A stretch of DNA of 64,000 nt from an uncultured Muribaculaceae bacterium (GCA_947632485.1 CANRPJ010000011.1:17852-81851); one strand, 5' to 3'. Positions 38,750-50,272 are shown, counted from the first letter of the stretch. Translations and numbers: made by a program. The notes: generated by a model not told the origin, from the sequence alone.

Positions 38750-39673
38750 GTGCTAACCGAGGAGCCTACTTACCATATTCCAGCCCTGCTCAACGAGACA
38801 ATCTGCGGTCTCGCTATCAAGCCATCAGGAGTTTACGCCGACGCCACATTCGGAGGAGGCGGCCACTCACGCGCGCTCCTTTCCGAGCTCGGTCCCGAGG
38901 GCCGGCTCTTCGGCTTCGACCGTGATCTCGACGCTTTGCAAAACAGAATTCCTGACCCGCGGTTTACATTTGTACATTCCGACTTCCGCTTTCTCCCCAA
39001 CTTTCTCCGCTTCTACGGCGCCGAGAAAATTGATGGCGTAGTAGCCGACCTCGGAGTCTCGTCGCATCATTTCGATGCAGCCGACCGGGGATTCTCATTT
39101 CGCGCCGACGCTCCTCTCGATATGCGCATGAACCGCAGCGGCGCCCTTACAGCAGCACAGGTGGTCAACGAATACCCCGAAGCCGACCTCGCCCGCGTTC
39201 TTAATCTCTACGGCGAGGTGAAGCGTCCGATGCCTATAGTGAAAGCTCTCGTGGCCGCCAGAGCCCAGGGGGGAATCAGAACCACCGGTCAGCTTGCAGA
39301 AGCCCTGAAGCCTTTCATTGACCCGAGGCAAGAGAAAAAAGATCTTGCCCGGATTTTTCAGGCCCTGCGCATAGAAGTCAACGGCGAGCTCGAATCCTTG
39401 AGCCACCTGCTGAAGGCTCTGCCTAAAGTGCTCCGTCCGGGAGGCCGCGCAGCCATAATCACCTATCACTCCCTCGAAGACCGCCTCGTAAAGAACTATT
39501 TCCGAAGCGGCAACACCGAAGGAAAAGTAGAGAAAGATTTCTTCGGACGCGTGCAATGCGACTGGACTCCCGTAGGGCGCCAGCCCATTACCCCTACCGC
39601 CGAAGAGATTGACCGTAACCCTCGTGCACGCAGCGCCAAGCTGCGTATTGCCGAATTCACCCCTGAATCCTGA
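38750..39673 (+). CDS. rsmH: 16S rRNA m4C1402 methyltransferase RsmH (MraW)
   Basis: YHIPALL, DATFGGGGHS, DLGVSSHH, FHSLED-like YHSLEDR and NPRARSAKLR. GTG start. Confidence 0.95.
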   Translation: MLTEEPTYHIPALLNETICGLAIKPSGVYADATFGGGGHSRALLSELGPEGRLFGFDRDLDALQNRIPDPRFTFVHSDFRFLPNFLRFYGAEKIDGVVADLGVSSHHFDAADRGFSFRADAPLDMRMNRSGALTAAQVVNEYPEADLARVLNLYGEVKRPMPIVKALVAARAQGGIRTTGQLAEALKPFIDPRQEKKDLARIFQALRIEVNGELESLSHLLKALPKVLRPGGRAAIITYHSLEDRLVKNYFRSGNTEGKVEKDFFGRVQCDWTPVGRQPITPTAEEIDRNPRARSAKLRIAEFTPES

Positions 39674-39680
39674 ATCACCT

Positions 39681-40046
39681 ATGGCAGCACGAAAATCAAC
39701 TAAAAAGAAAGAAAGCAGCAAGGCCAAGCATAACAATATCTTACGCGATACCCGCTATGGCCGCTGGCTCTCCATAAGCTTTTTCCGGCAAAACGCCTGG
39801 ATTATGCTCATGCTCCTTGTCACCATTCTGGCGCTGATGGGTCTGCGCTACCAGACCAAAACCAAGATGGCTACCATCAAGCAACTTAACTCCGACTTAC
39901 GCAAGACCGAGAGCAGAATGCTCCGCGAAAAAGCTGAATACATGACCCTCATCAGGGAGTCGGAAATGCGACGCCTCGTGACTGAGAAGGGCCTTGGACT
40001 CGTATTTCAGGAACAACCACCGTTTGAAATAACCGACGACAAATGA
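39681..40046 (+). CDS. ftsL: FtsL-like cell division protein
   Basis: Basic N-terminus, one TM helix and a coiled coil, located between rsmH and the PBP gene. Confidence 0.75.
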   Translation: MAARKSTKKKESSKAKHNNILRDTRYGRWLSISFFRQNAWIMLMLLVTILALMGLRYQTKTKMATIKQLNSDLRKTESRMLREKAEYMTLIRESEMRRLVTEKGLGLVFQEQPPFEITDDK

Positions 40047-42181
40047 CAGCCAGAAAATCAAAAAGTGTAAATTCCAATAAATACAACATATTGGGGCGCT
40101 ATGGTGCGATAACCAGCATTATCGTGCTTATTGCACTGGGTGTATCCGTTAAGCTTTTCCTCACCACGGTCGTGAATGCAAAAGCATGGAACGCACGCGC
40201 CCATGCCGAGCTATCGAAGGTGGATACCATCGCTCCCGAGCGCGGCAACATACTCGCCTCCAACGGGAGCATACTTGCCTGCAACCTTACCGTCTACGAT
40301 ATCAAAATCGACCTGCGCCACACTAAGGTGGCGGCCCTGCGCTCTATACCCTGGGCATCGATCGATTCGCTGGCTGATTCGCTCGATGTCTACTATCCCC
40401 GCGTGCCCGATCTCCGCTCATCGACCGAGCGCTACGCTGAATATACCTGGCGCAAGCGTCTGCGCGACGAGCTCTCCAAAGAGCCCGGCAAGCGCACCCG
40501 CGCACTCCGCCTCGTGCGCAACGGCTCAGAAAATGATTACCTCACTATAAGGGATTTCCCCTTCCTCAACACCTTCTCCGGCACTGGTTACCGCTGCCCC
40601 GTATATAAGGAGGCTAAAAACCGGCGTATCTATCCCTTCGGGCGTATGGCCTACCGAAGCATCGGCCGGGTCAACGAAAACTCCGCCACTCGCCAGCTGC
40701 GCGGCTACAGCGGCCTTGAGAAAGACCTTGATACCTTGCTTTACGGCAAGCCCGGTCTGGCAAAGAAAGTGGCCCTCACAAAGGGTATGTCGAACTGGGT
40801 TACAGTGCCTCCGCGCCGCGGCTTCGATATCCTCACTACCATTGATATCGATATCCAGGAGATGCTCGAAGAGGAGCTCCAGAGCATTTGTGAAGAGTCA
40901 GGCGCCGAGTGGGGAACTGCCCTCATCATGGAGGTTGCCACCGGAGAAATCAAGGCTATCTCCAATATCGAGAAACTCGACGACGGCACCTACGGCGAGG
41001 CTCTTAACCGCGCCGTGCTCCCCTTCGAGCCCGGATCAGTCATGAAGCCTATCTCGCTGATGATCGCCTTTGAAGACGGCCTCGTTAAGAGCACCGGCGA
41101 GAGGGTAGACTGCAGCCCGTTCCAGCGCACGTCTGACCCCCACGCGCCCGGGGTGAAGACCATGAAGCAGGTTATCGAGATGTCGAGCAATACCGGCATA
41201 GCAAGGGTGATTTTCCGCGGTTATGCCGACAATCCCGCACGCTTCCACGAGCGCCTCGCCTCCATCGGCTTCTTTGAGCCTATTCATAGCGGAATCGCGG
41301 GAGAATGCATTCCCAGAGTGCGCAAGCTGCTGCCGAAAGACTCCCGGGGCAACAACATAACCATGACTGCGCGCCATCTTGACCTCGCCCGCCAGGCCTA
41401 CGGCTACAACACTGAAATTCCGCCCCTTTATACGCTCAGCATCTACAACGCAATAGCCAACGGAGGCCGCTACGTGCGTCCGCACCTCGTGCGCGCGCTC
41501 ATCGATGAAGATGGCCGCGACTCCGTGATTCCGCCCAGCTATATCCGCGAGCGCATCTGCTCCGAGGAGACTGCCCGGAAGGTGAGGGAATGCATCAAGG
41601 AAGTGGTGTGGGGCGAACATGGCACCGCCCGCATGGTGCGCGATGACCGGGTCACGGTGGTGGGAAAGACCGGTACCGCCTTCCCGGTAGAAAACGGCGT
41701 CTACAACAACTCTAAGCGCCGCTACGCCTTCGCCGGCTTCTTCCCCTACGAAAAGCCGAAATACAGCTGCATGGCTCTCGTGCTCGGCCCTGCCGGAACC
41801 AGTGCTAACCGCACCAGCGGCCAGGTGGTTAAGAATATGGCAGTCAAGATGTTCAGCCGGGGACTACTCGACAATAATTCCGACTATACAAAGGAGCGCA
41901 GCAGCTCGCAGCCCGTGCTCGCCGCTACCGAAAAGGCACGCACCGACGTGATCCGTGAAGCCACAGGGGTCAGCGGAATGCGCCGCGTGAAGAAGCCGGT
42001 GCAGATGCATTCGGGAGTGCCCGACGTGATCGGCTATGACGCCCCTACCGCCGTAGCCATGCTGGAAAGCAAAGGCATCAATGTGCTCGTGAAAGGCATG
42101 GGCATCGTGGTGCAGCAATCTTTGGCGCCCGGAGCCAACTATCGCCGGGGCGATAAAATAATTCTGAAACTCAAAACTTAG
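40043..42181 (+). CDS. ftsI: division transpeptidase FtsI/PBP3 with PASTA domain
   Basis: RGNILASNG, EPGSVMK (SxxK), SSN, KTGT and C-terminal PASTA (VPDVIG). Confidence 0.92.
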   Translation: MTARKSKSVNSNKYNILGRYGAITSIIVLIALGVSVKLFLTTVVNAKAWNARAHAELSKVDTIAPERGNILASNGSILACNLTVYDIKIDLRHTKVAALRSIPWASIDSLADSLDVYYPRVPDLRSSTERYAEYTWRKRLRDELSKEPGKRTRALRLVRNGSENDYLTIRDFPFLNTFSGTGYRCPVYKEAKNRRIYPFGRMAYRSIGRVNENSATRQLRGYSGLEKDLDTLLYGKPGLAKKVALTKGMSNWVTVPPRRGFDILTTIDIDIQEMLEEELQSICEESGAEWGTALIMEVATGEIKAISNIEKLDDGTYGEALNRAVLPFEPGSVMKPISLMIAFEDGLVKSTGERVDCSPFQRTSDPHAPGVKTMKQVIEMSSNTGIARVIFRGYADNPARFHERLASIGFFEPIHSGIAGECIPRVRKLLPKDSRGNNITMTARHLDLARQAYGYNTEIPPLYTLSIYNAIANGGRYVRPHLVRALIDEDGRDSVIPPSYIRERICSEETARKVRECIKEVVWGEHGTARMVRDDRVTVVGKTGTAFPVENGVYNNSKRRYAFAGFFPYEKPKYSCMALVLGPAGTSANRTSGQVVKNMAVKMFSRGLLDNNSDYTKERSSSQPVLAATEKARTDVIREATGVSGMRRVKKPVQMHSGVPDVIGYDAPTAVAMLESKGINVLVKGMGIVVQQSLAPGANYRRGDKIILKLKT

Positions 42182-42187
42182 GCAGCA

Positions 42188-43660
42188 ATGAAGAAACTAT
42201 CCCGCCTGCTCAGCGAAATAGACGTGATTGAGGTGATCGGACCTACCGACCGCAACGTCACATCACTCGAAAGCGACTCCCGCAAAACCCAGCGCGAAGG
42301 CGTATTCGTGGCCGTAAAAGGTGTAACCACCGACGGCCACCGTTATATTCCCGTCGTGGCCAGCAACCACGTCGGGGCAATCGTTTGTGAAACCCTCCCC
42401 TCTTCGTTTGCCGAGGGAGTCACCTATGTGCGTGTGGCCGACACTGCCCTCGCTCTCGGCAAGCTCGCCTCAGCCTGGCATGATCACCCATCATCGAAGC
42501 TGAAGCTCGTAGGAGTGACAGGCACCAACGGAAAGACCACGACCGCCACTCTCCTCTACGAAATGGCCCGCCTCGAGGGCTATAAGGCCGGTTTGCTCTC
42601 AACCGTATGCAACTATATCGACGGCCTAGCGATTCCTACCACTCACACCACTCCCGACCCTCTGACCCTCAACGCGCTGCTCGCAGAGATGGTAGAGGCC
42701 GGATGCGACTATGCATTCATGGAGGTGTCGAGCCATGCCGCCGACCAGCAGCGAATAGCCGGGCTGCAGTTCGCCGGAGGAGTATTCTCCAACCTGACCC
42801 GCGACCATCTCGACTATCACCATACCGTAGACAACTATATGAGGGCGAAGAAACGCTTCTTCGACATGCTCCCCGCCGAAGCGTTCGCCCTGATTAATAT
42901 CGACGATAAAAACGGGCGCTTCATGGTGCAGAACACCAAGGCCCGCGTCTTCACCTACTCCCTGCGCTCCGATGCCGATTTCAAGGGCCGGGTGCTGGAA
43001 ACGCGCCTCGACGGCACCCTCATGATGCTCAACGTCAAAGAGGTGGAAGTGCAGTTTACCGGACGCTTCAATGCCTATAACCTTACCGCCGTCTACGGCG
43101 CATCGATTCTCACCGGCTTCAAGCCCGAGGAAGTGCTTGTCAATATGAGCCGTCTCGTGCCCGTAGCCGGCCGCTTCCAGACCCTCCGCTCGCCATCGGG
43201 GCGCACGGCTATAGTTGACTATGCCCATACACCCGACGCGCTCGTAAATGTGCTCGATACCATTCGCGATATCGTAGGCTCTGAGGGCGAGATCATTACC
43301 GTAGTGGGCGCCGGAGGCAACCGCGATGAGGGCAAGCGTCCGATGATGGCCCAGGAGGCGGCACGCCGCTCCGACCGGCTCATTCTTACAAGCGATAACC
43401 CGCGCTTCGAAGATCCCGAAGCCATCATAGCCGAGATGAAAGCCGGCCTCGATGCCGAAGCGCTCCGGCGCACCCTCAGCATCACCGACCGCCTCGAGGC
43501 TATCCGCACTGCCCTGCAGCTCGCCGGGCAGCATTCAGTGGTGCTGATAGCTGGAAAAGGCCATGAAACCTATCAGGAGGTGAAGGGCACGCGCCATCAC
43601 TTCGATGACCGTGAGGCTGTAGCCCAGGCATTTGCAGAACTCGAACCGGGACTCAACTGA
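42188..43660 (+). CDS. murE: UDP-MurNAc-tripeptide synthetase MurE
   Basis: [35 protein letters not shown] and SDNPR (meso-DAP type). Confidence 0.96.
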   Translation: MKKLSRLLSEIDVIEVIGPTDRNVTSLESDSRKTQREGVFVAVKGVTTDGHRYIPVVASNHVGAIVCETLPSSFAEGVTYVRVADTALALGKLASAWHDHPSSKLKLVGVTGTNGKTTTATLLYEMARLEGYKAGLLSTVCNYIDGLAIPTTHTTPDPLTLNALLAEMVEAGCDYAFMEVSSHAADQQRIAGLQFAGGVFSNLTRDHLDYHHTVDNYMRAKKRFFDMLPAEAFALINIDDKNGRFMVQNTKARVFTYSLRSDADFKGRVLETRLDGTLMMLNVKEVEVQFTGRFNAYNLTAVYGASILTGFKPEEVLVNMSRLVPVAGRFQTLRSPSGRTAIVDYAHTPDALVNVLDTIRDIVGSEGEIITVVGAGGNRDEGKRPMMAQEAARRSDRLILTSDNPRFEDPEAIIAEMKAGLDAEALRRTLSITDRLEAIRTALQLAGQHSVVLIAGKGHETYQEVKGTRHHFDDREAVAQAFAELEPGLN

Positions 43661-43670
43661 TTCTTCCGTC

Positions 43671-44942
43671 ATGCTCTACTGGCTCATACAATCCCTTGAA
43701 GGCTTCGATTTTCCGGGACGCCATCTGATGGACTATATCACATTCCGCTCGGGCATGTCGTTTGCCCTGGCAATGCTGATAGCCCTCGTGTTCGGACGCA
43801 GCGTAATAGCCCGCCTGCAGCGGATGCAGGTAGGCGAGGTGGTGCGCAATCTCGGTCTTGAGGGGCAGATGCAGAAGAAAGGCACTCCCACAATGGGCGG
43901 CATCATCATTATAATGTCGATTCTCGTGCCGTGCCTTCTTTTCGGCAATCTCTCCAATATCTACATGATTCTCATGCTGGTAGCTACCGTATGGATGGGC
44001 TGCATTGGCTTTCTCGACGACTACCGCAAGCTCAAGTATCATAATAAGGACGGCCTCAAGGGGAAATACAAGATTACCGGTCAGGTTGGTCTCGGCCTGC
44101 TTGTAGGCATCACCATGTGGCTCTCTCCCGAAATCGTGATGAGCGAGCCAAAGGAGGCCGCCGTGGCCGACGGGCCGGCAAAAATCGAGGTCGTGGAGTC
44201 AGCTCCCATGGTAAAATCGCCTCAGACCACTATCCCCTTCGTGAAAAACAATAACTTCAACTACGACTGGCTGACCGGCTGGGTGAAAGATCAGCATGCG
44301 GCCGAAACCCTCGGCTGGATCGTGTTTGTAGTTGTGGTAATATTTGTGGTCACGGCGGTGAGCAACGGTGCCAACCTGACCGACGGGCTCGATGGCCTCT
44401 GCGCCGGCACGTCGGCGATAATCGGTCTCGCCCTGGCCATTATGGCCTATCTGGGAGGTAACCTCATCTATTCGGGCTATCTCAATATTATGTACATTCC
44501 GAGCAGCGGAGAGATGGTGGTCTATGCCGGTGCCTTCATCGGTGCACTTGTGGGATTCCTCTGGTACAATGCCTTTCCCGCCCAGGTATTCATGGGCGAT
44601 ACCGGAAGCCTCACCCTCGGGGGAATCCTTGCCGTATTTGCCATTCTTATCCGCAAGGAGCTGCTTATTCCCCTGCTATGCCTAATTTTCTTCATCGAAG
44701 ACCTATCGGTGATTCTCCAGGTGGCCTATTTCAAAGCTACCAAGAAGAAATATGGCGAAGGGCGGCGCATTTTCAAGATGACCCCCCTCCATCATCATTT
44801 CCAGCGTGAGGGCGATGGGCTGACTGGCGTGCTTTTCAACTATCCGCGCCACGCTATTCCCGAATCCAAGATAGTGGTGCGCTTCTGGATTGTGGGTATC
44901 CTGCTGGCAGCCATAACATTTGTAACACTTAAAATCCGATAA
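43671..44942 (+). CDS. mraY: phospho-N-acetylmuramoyl-pentapeptide transferase
   Basis: KKGTPTMGG, GFLDDY, NLTDGLDGL, VFMGDTGSL and PLHHHF. Confidence 0.96.
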   Translation: MLYWLIQSLEGFDFPGRHLMDYITFRSGMSFALAMLIALVFGRSVIARLQRMQVGEVVRNLGLEGQMQKKGTPTMGGIIIIMSILVPCLLFGNLSNIYMILMLVATVWMGCIGFLDDYRKLKYHNKDGLKGKYKITGQVGLGLLVGITMWLSPEIVMSEPKEAAVADGPAKIEVVESAPMVKSPQTTIPFVKNNNFNYDWLTGWVKDQHAAETLGWIVFVVVVIFVVTAVSNGANLTDGLDGLCAGTSAIIGLALAIMAYLGGNLIYSGYLNIMYIPSSGEMVVYAGAFIGALVGFLWYNAFPAQVFMGDTGSLTLGGILAVFAILIRKELLIPLLCLIFFIEDLSVILQVAYFKATKKKYGEGRRIFKMTPLHHHFQREGDGLTGVLFNYPRHAIPESKIVVRFWIVGILLAAITFVTLKIR

Positions 44943-44951
44943 AACAGAGCG

Positions 44952-46334
44952 ATGACCTCAAATACTTCCGGGAAGCGGCTCATGGTGGTGCTCGGTGCCG
45001 GCGAAAGCGGTGCCGGAGCGGCTGTGCTCGCCCAGGCTAAGGGCTACGACGTCTTTGTCAGCGACAGCGGACCGATCGCTTCCAAATATAAAGAACTCCT
45101 CGACAGCCACGGCATAGCCTGGGAAGAAGGAGGCCACACCGAAAGCCGTATCATCGGCGCCTACGAAGCGATAAAAAGCCCCGGCATACCGCCCTGGGCG
45201 CCGATTGTGGAGAAGCTGAAGGCGAAAAATGTGCCGATTCTCTCCGAGATAGAATTCGCCGGACGCTTCACCGACTCCAAGATGGTGTGCGTAACCGGAT
45301 CCAACGGTAAGACCACCACCACTCTGCTAATCTATCATATCCTGAAGAAAGCAGGCTTCGACGTAGGTCTCGCCGGCAATGTAGGCCATAGCCTCGCCCT
45401 CCAGGTGGCCGAAGCTCCCCATGCCGTCTATGTGATCGAGCTCTCCAGCTTTCAGCTTGAAAACATGTATGACTTCAAGGCCGACGTGGCGATAATGACC
45501 AATATCACCCCCGACCATCTCGACCGCTACGACCATAAGATGGAAGGCTATATCGCCGCCAAATTCCGCATTATCAGGAATCAGACAAAAGATGACTGGT
45601 TTATCTACTGGCAAGACGATCCGATTGTTACCGCACAGATCCGCGAGCTCCAGATCGAAGCACGGAGCCTCCCATTCAGCGAGCACTGGGAGGAAGGCGT
45701 AGCCTCATGGGTCGACGACCATGGCATCGTAAGATTCGAGACTCCGCTTGAAACCTGGGAGATACCGCGCGACCGCCTCGCTCTCCCCGGCCTTCACAAC
45801 CTCTACAACTCCATGGCCGCCGGCCTCTCGGCAAGCGCCCTGAAGGTCAACACCTCGCTCATCTGCGAGGCATTGCAGGACTTCGCCGCCGTAGAGCATC
45901 GGCTGGAATATGTAGATACGGTAGATGGCGTGCGCTATATCAACGACTCGAAAGCCACCAACGTCAACTCAACCTGGTATGCTCTCGAGAGCATGACAGC
46001 CCCTACCGTGCTCATTCTCGGCGGCAAGGATAAAGGCAACGACTATACAGAGATCGAAACCCTCGTAGGCCAGAAAGTGAAGGCTATAGTATGCATGGGC
46101 GCCGACAATTCCAAGCTGCTCTCCTTCTTCAGCGGGAAGGTGGAACATATAGCCGACACCCATTCGATAGCCGATGCGCTCGATGAGTGCGCCCGACTCG
46201 CCTCGCCCGGCGACTGCGTGCTCCTCTCGCCTTGCTGCGCCAGCTTCGACCTTTTCAAAAGCTATGAAGACCGCGGCCGCCAGTTCAAAGACCAGGTGGC
46301 CCGGCTTAAAAACAATTCCGAACAAAAGAAATGA
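44952..46334 (+). CDS. murD: UDP-MurNAc-L-Ala:D-Glu ligase
   Basis: LGAGESG, KSPGIP, TGSNGKTTT, ELSSFQLE, NDSKATN and SPCCASFD. Confidence 0.96.
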   Translation: MTSNTSGKRLMVVLGAGESGAGAAVLAQAKGYDVFVSDSGPIASKYKELLDSHGIAWEEGGHTESRIIGAYEAIKSPGIPPWAPIVEKLKAKNVPILSEIEFAGRFTDSKMVCVTGSNGKTTTTLLIYHILKKAGFDVGLAGNVGHSLALQVAEAPHAVYVIELSSFQLENMYDFKADVAIMTNITPDHLDRYDHKMEGYIAAKFRIIRNQTKDDWFIYWQDDPIVTAQIRELQIEARSLPFSEHWEEGVASWVDDHGIVRFETPLETWEIPRDRLALPGLHNLYNSMAAGLSASALKVNTSLICEALQDFAAVEHRLEYVDTVDGVRYINDSKATNVNSTWYALESMTAPTVLILGGKDKGNDYTEIETLVGQKVKAIVCMGADNSKLLSFFSGKVEHIADTHSIADALDECARLASPGDCVLLSPCCASFDLFKSYEDRGRQFKDQVARLKNNSEQKK

Positions 46335-47704
46335 CCGAAACCGTCGATACTGCGGCCGCCAAAGTGGTAATCCGCGAAACCTATGATGTAGAAGTCAATG
46401 CCCCGGCTCCCTCATCTGCCGCAAGGGAGAAGGAAGCCGTAGCTAAGCCTACTGTCAAGGCTAAAGGCGACCCCTACATCTGGGGTATCTATCTGATTAT
46501 ATTAGTATATAGCATCGTTGAACTCTTCAGCGCCTCCAGCTCCGAGGTCGACGCCAACAACGTCTATAGCCCCCTGATCCGGCACGGAATCTTCCTTCTT
46601 ATCGGTTTCGGGCTCGTGATCATGCACCAGAATATGCCCTACCAGTATTTCAAGCACTACGCTAAGGCGATAGGAATAATCTCCCTCGTTCTGCTGCTGG
46701 CCACATCGTTTATCGGTATCACCATCAACGGTGCGCAGAGAGCTATCCGCATTGCCGGCTTTACTATCCAGCCTGCTGAGATAGTGAAGCTTACGGTAGT
46801 GGTATGGCTCTCCTCGGTGCTCGCCACCAATCAGATGCGCAAGGGAGTGACCACTAAAGGCGTAGTGATTGCTGCCGCCATAATCCTGATTTTCAGCGGC
46901 GCGCTCTATAAGAACGGCTTCACCAACACAGTGCTTCTGATGGGAGTGTCAATGTGCCTCTTTCTCGTCAGTGGAATCCAGGTGAAAAAGTTCATTGCCG
47001 TGGTTATCGTATATCTCGTAGCAGGAGGCATCTTCTTTATTGTAAAGAATAGTTCGGAAGCTGCCGATGAGTTCGACAGCGTAGCCCAGACGGAAAATGT
47101 AGCGTCAGGAAGAATCGACCGTGAGGAAACCCGTAATAATCGCTGGAGCAGATGGCAGATCTTCGTCGACCCCAATGAAGAGATGACCGATATGAACCGA
47201 CAGGTAATCCTCGCCAACATCGCTCAGGCCAACGGAGGCCTTACCGGCAATGGACCTGGCAACTCGCGAGAGAGCGCACGCCTGCCGCTCGCCTTCTCCG
47301 ACTATATCTTCTCCATCATTGTGGAAGACACCGGCTTCGTGGGTGGAGTGCTTCTGATGCTCTTCTATATCTTCCTGCTCTTCAGGGCAGGAGTGATTGC
47401 GCGCAAATGCTCCCGCGCCTTCCCGGCATTCCTCATCATGGGCTGTGCGTTCCTGATTGTATTCCAAGCGCTTATCCACATGATGATTGTCGTAGGCCTC
47501 ACTCCCGTATCCGGCCAGCCGCTGCCGCTCATCTCCAAGGGAGGCACCTCGATCATAGTCATGTCGATCGCCATAGGCATGATGCTCTCCGTGAGCCGCT
47601 ACGCTGTGACCTCCGGCAATAAGAAAGAGATCAAGGCCGAGCTCTCCGAGCTCCCAGAAGATATGCAGGCCGAGAATCCCACCTACATGAGTCCCGTAAA
47701 ATAA
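46331..47704 (+). CDS. ftsW: SEDS peptidoglycan polymerase FtsW
   Basis: INGAQR, IQPAEIVK, SDYIFSIIVE and GQPLPLISKGGTS, within the dcw cluster. Confidence 0.92.
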   Translation: MTETVDTAAAKVVIRETYDVEVNAPAPSSAAREKEAVAKPTVKAKGDPYIWGIYLIILVYSIVELFSASSSEVDANNVYSPLIRHGIFLLIGFGLVIMHQNMPYQYFKHYAKAIGIISLVLLLATSFIGITINGAQRAIRIAGFTIQPAEIVKLTVVVWLSSVLATNQMRKGVTTKGVVIAAAIILIFSGALYKNGFTNTVLLMGVSMCLFLVSGIQVKKFIAVVIVYLVAGGIFFIVKNSSEAADEFDSVAQTENVASGRIDREETRNNRWSRWQIFVDPNEEMTDMNRQVILANIAQANGGLTGNGPGNSRESARLPLAFSDYIFSIIVEDTGFVGGVLLMLFYIFLLFRAGVIARKCSRAFPAFLIMGCAFLIVFQALIHMMIVVGLTPVSGQPLPLISKGGTSIIVMSIAIGMMLSVSRYAVTSGNKKEIKAELSELPEDMQAENPTYMSPVK

Positions 47705-47722
47705 TCTCCACATAATCAGCAC

Positions 47723-48832
47723 ATGAGCAAGCCAAGACTGAAAGTCATAATAAGCGGCGGAGGCACCGGAGGCCATATCTTCCCGGCTCTCTCGATAGCC
47801 GATGCCCTGAGGCGCACGGCCGATGCCGATATTCTCTTCGTAGGAGCGGAAAACCGCATGGAGATGGAGCGGGTGCCCGCGGCCGGCTATACAATCGAGG
47901 GGCTGCCCGTGGCCGGGTTCGACCGAAAGCGCCCCTGGCGCAATGTGGCGGTGCTTATAAAGCTCTGGCGCAGTATGCGTAAGGCGCGCCGGATCGTGCG
48001 CCGCTTCAAGCCCGACGTGGCGGTCGGCGTAGGCGGCTACGCATCCGGCCCCGTGCTAAAGGCAGCCCAGAAAGCAGGCATTCCTACTCTGCTGCAGGAG
48101 CAGAACTCCTATGCGGGAGTCACCAACAAGCTCCTCGCTAAAAAGGCGCGCCGGATCTGCGTGGCATGGCCCGGAATGGAACGCTTCTTCCCCGCCAAGG
48201 CTATCGTGATGACCGGCAACCCCGTACGCCGCAATCTCCTCGCTTCCAGGCTCTCGGCTGCAGAAGCGCGCAACCGCTTCGGTCTCAATCCCGATAAGCC
48301 CACTTTGCTCTCCGTAGGAGGTAGCCTGGGAGCTCTCACTATAAATGAGGCTATGGCTCAGGGGCTCCACAGGCTCGTAGAGGCCGGCGTGCAGGTGATC
48401 TGGCAGACCGGCAAGGCCTTCGAGCAGAAAGCCCTTCAGTCGGCCAAAGGGCTCAAAGGGGTAGTGGTGGCACCGTTCATCAGCGATATGGCAGCCGCTT
48501 ATGCCGCGGCCTCGCTCGTGGTGTCGCGCGCTGGCGCAAGCAGCATCAGTGAGCTTGAACTGCTTGCCAAGCCCGCTATTCTCGTGCCCTCGCCCAATGT
48601 GGCGGAAGACCATCAGACCAAAAACGCCCAGGCTCTCTCATCGCGCGGAGCCGCTGTGCTCATTGCTGATGCCGATGCGCGCCAGCAGCTTGTGAGCGAG
48701 GCGCTGAAGCTGATAGCCTCGCCCGAAACCCTGAGCGAGATGAGCAGCAAGGCTGCCGGGCTCGCCCTTACCGACAGCGATTCCAAGATAGCGCAAATAG
48801 TGCTCGAGCTCGCTTCAGAAAGCTCTAAATAA
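47723..48832 (+). CDS. murG: lipid II GlcNAc transferase MurG
   Basis: SGGGTGGHIFP, GGYASGP, QEQNS, GGSLGA and SRAGASS. Confidence 0.96.
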   Translation: MSKPRLKVIISGGGTGGHIFPALSIADALRRTADADILFVGAENRMEMERVPAAGYTIEGLPVAGFDRKRPWRNVAVLIKLWRSMRKARRIVRRFKPDVAVGVGGYASGPVLKAAQKAGIPTLLQEQNSYAGVTNKLLAKKARRICVAWPGMERFFPAKAIVMTGNPVRRNLLASRLSAAEARNRFGLNPDKPTLLSVGGSLGALTINEAMAQGLHRLVEAGVQVIWQTGKAFEQKALQSAKGLKGVVVAPFISDMAAAYAAASLVVSRAGASSISELELLAKPAILVPSPNVAEDHQTKNAQALSSRGAAVLIADADARQQLVSEALKLIASPETLSEMSSKAAGLALTDSDSKIAQIVLELASESSK

Positions 48833-48854
48833 CCCCCTGATTATCCGGATCCAG

Positions 48855-50267
48855 ATGCAGAATCAAGCCAATCAGACTCTCCCCTCAAAAATCTATTTCC
48901 TCGGCGCAGGAGGAATAGGAATGGCCAATCTCGTGCGCTTCGCCCTCTCGAGGGGAATCCGCGTAGCCGGCTACGACCGCACCCCCTCCCCTCTCACCGA
49001 CCGGCTCCAGGCGGAAGGTGCAGAGCTGGTGTTTGAAGATGATCCGGCCCTGATTCCGTCGGGATTCGACTCTCCCGAAGATGCAATGCTGGTCTATACC
49101 CCCGCGGTGCCTCAGTCGAACCGGATCTTTACTGAGCTGCGCGCCAGGGGATTCGTGCCAGTAAAGCGTGCTGCCCTGCTCGGAATGCTTACCGCCCCTA
49201 CGAAGGCTATCTGCGTGGCCGGAAGCCACGGAAAAACCACTACCTCCTCCATGATAGCGCATATCCTCTACGGCTCTCGCATAGGCTGCGACGCCTTTCT
49301 CGGAGGAATCCTGCGCAACTACGATTCCAACCTCCTGCTCACCCCCGGAGCGGAATATAGCGTGGTGGAGGCCGATGAATACGACCGCTCCTTCCTCCAG
49401 CTCAAACCCTGGACCGCTATAGTGACGAGCACTGACCCTGACCATCTCGACATCTATGGCGACGAAGCCCACTATCTGGAAGCCTTCTCCGATTTCACGG
49501 CCCTTATCCGGCCCGGAGGCAACCTGATAGTGCATACCGGCCTGAAATTCAGGCCGCGCACGGCGCAGGGAGTAACCACATATACCTACAGCGCCAAAGA
49601 TGATAAGGCCGACTACCACGCTGAGAACGTGCGTTTTCTGCCCGGAGAGCTCATCTTCGATGTAGTAGGGCCCTCGCTGCAGGTGCGCGATATCAGCCTC
49701 GGAGTGCCGCTGGAAATCAATGTTGATAACGCCGTAGCCGCTGCTGCCGCATCTGCCCTCGCCGGAGCCACCCCCGACGAAATCCGGCAAGGCCTGGCTA
49801 CATTTCTCGGAGCCAAACGCCGCTTCGAGTTCTGGCTCAAGGGAAACGAGCCGGGAGCCCGGGGCCGCGTGCTGCTCGATGATTATGCCCACAGCCCCAA
49901 CGAGGTAGCTGCCTCGATCGCATCTGTGCGCCGCCTCTATCCCGGCCGGAAGATCACTGTTATATTCCAGCCCCACCTCTACACCCGCACACGCGATTTC
50001 GCTCCCGACTTCGCCGAAGCCCTCTCGGAGGCCGACGATGTGGTGCTCACAGAGATTTATCCCGCACGCGAGCTGCCGATAGAAGGAGTAACCTCCGACC
50101 TCATCTATCAGGCAGTGAAATCGCCCGACAAGGCACTGATTTGCAGAAAAGATTTGCTCGATTTGCTGAAAAAACGTAATTTTGAAATCCTTATGACGCT
50201 TGGAGCCGCCGACCTCGACCGGCTCCTGCCCGGGATTAGGGAGATCATGCTCTCCCGCAAAGATTGA
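48855..50267 (+). CDS. murC: UDP-MurNAc:L-Ala ligase
   Basis: GAGGIGM, AGSHGKTTT, EADEYDRSFL, DDYAHSP and FQPHLYTRT. Confidence 0.96.
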   Translation: MQNQANQTLPSKIYFLGAGGIGMANLVRFALSRGIRVAGYDRTPSPLTDRLQAEGAELVFEDDPALIPSGFDSPEDAMLVYTPAVPQSNRIFTELRARGFVPVKRAALLGMLTAPTKAICVAGSHGKTTTSSMIAHILYGSRIGCDAFLGGILRNYDSNLLLTPGAEYSVVEADEYDRSFLQLKPWTAIVTSTDPDHLDIYGDEAHYLEAFSDFTALIRPGGNLIVHTGLKFRPRTAQGVTTYTYSAKDDKADYHAENVRFLPGELIFDVVGPSLQVRDISLGVPLEINVDNAVAAAAASALAGATPDEIRQGLATFLGAKRRFEFWLKGNEPGARGRVLLDDYAHSPNEVAASIASVRRLYPGRKITVIFQPHLYTRTRDFAPDFAEALSEADDVVLTEIYPARELPIEGVTSDLIYQAVKSPDKALICRKDLLDLLKKRNFEILMTLGAADLDRLLPGIREIMLSRKD

Positions 50268-50272
50268 AAACG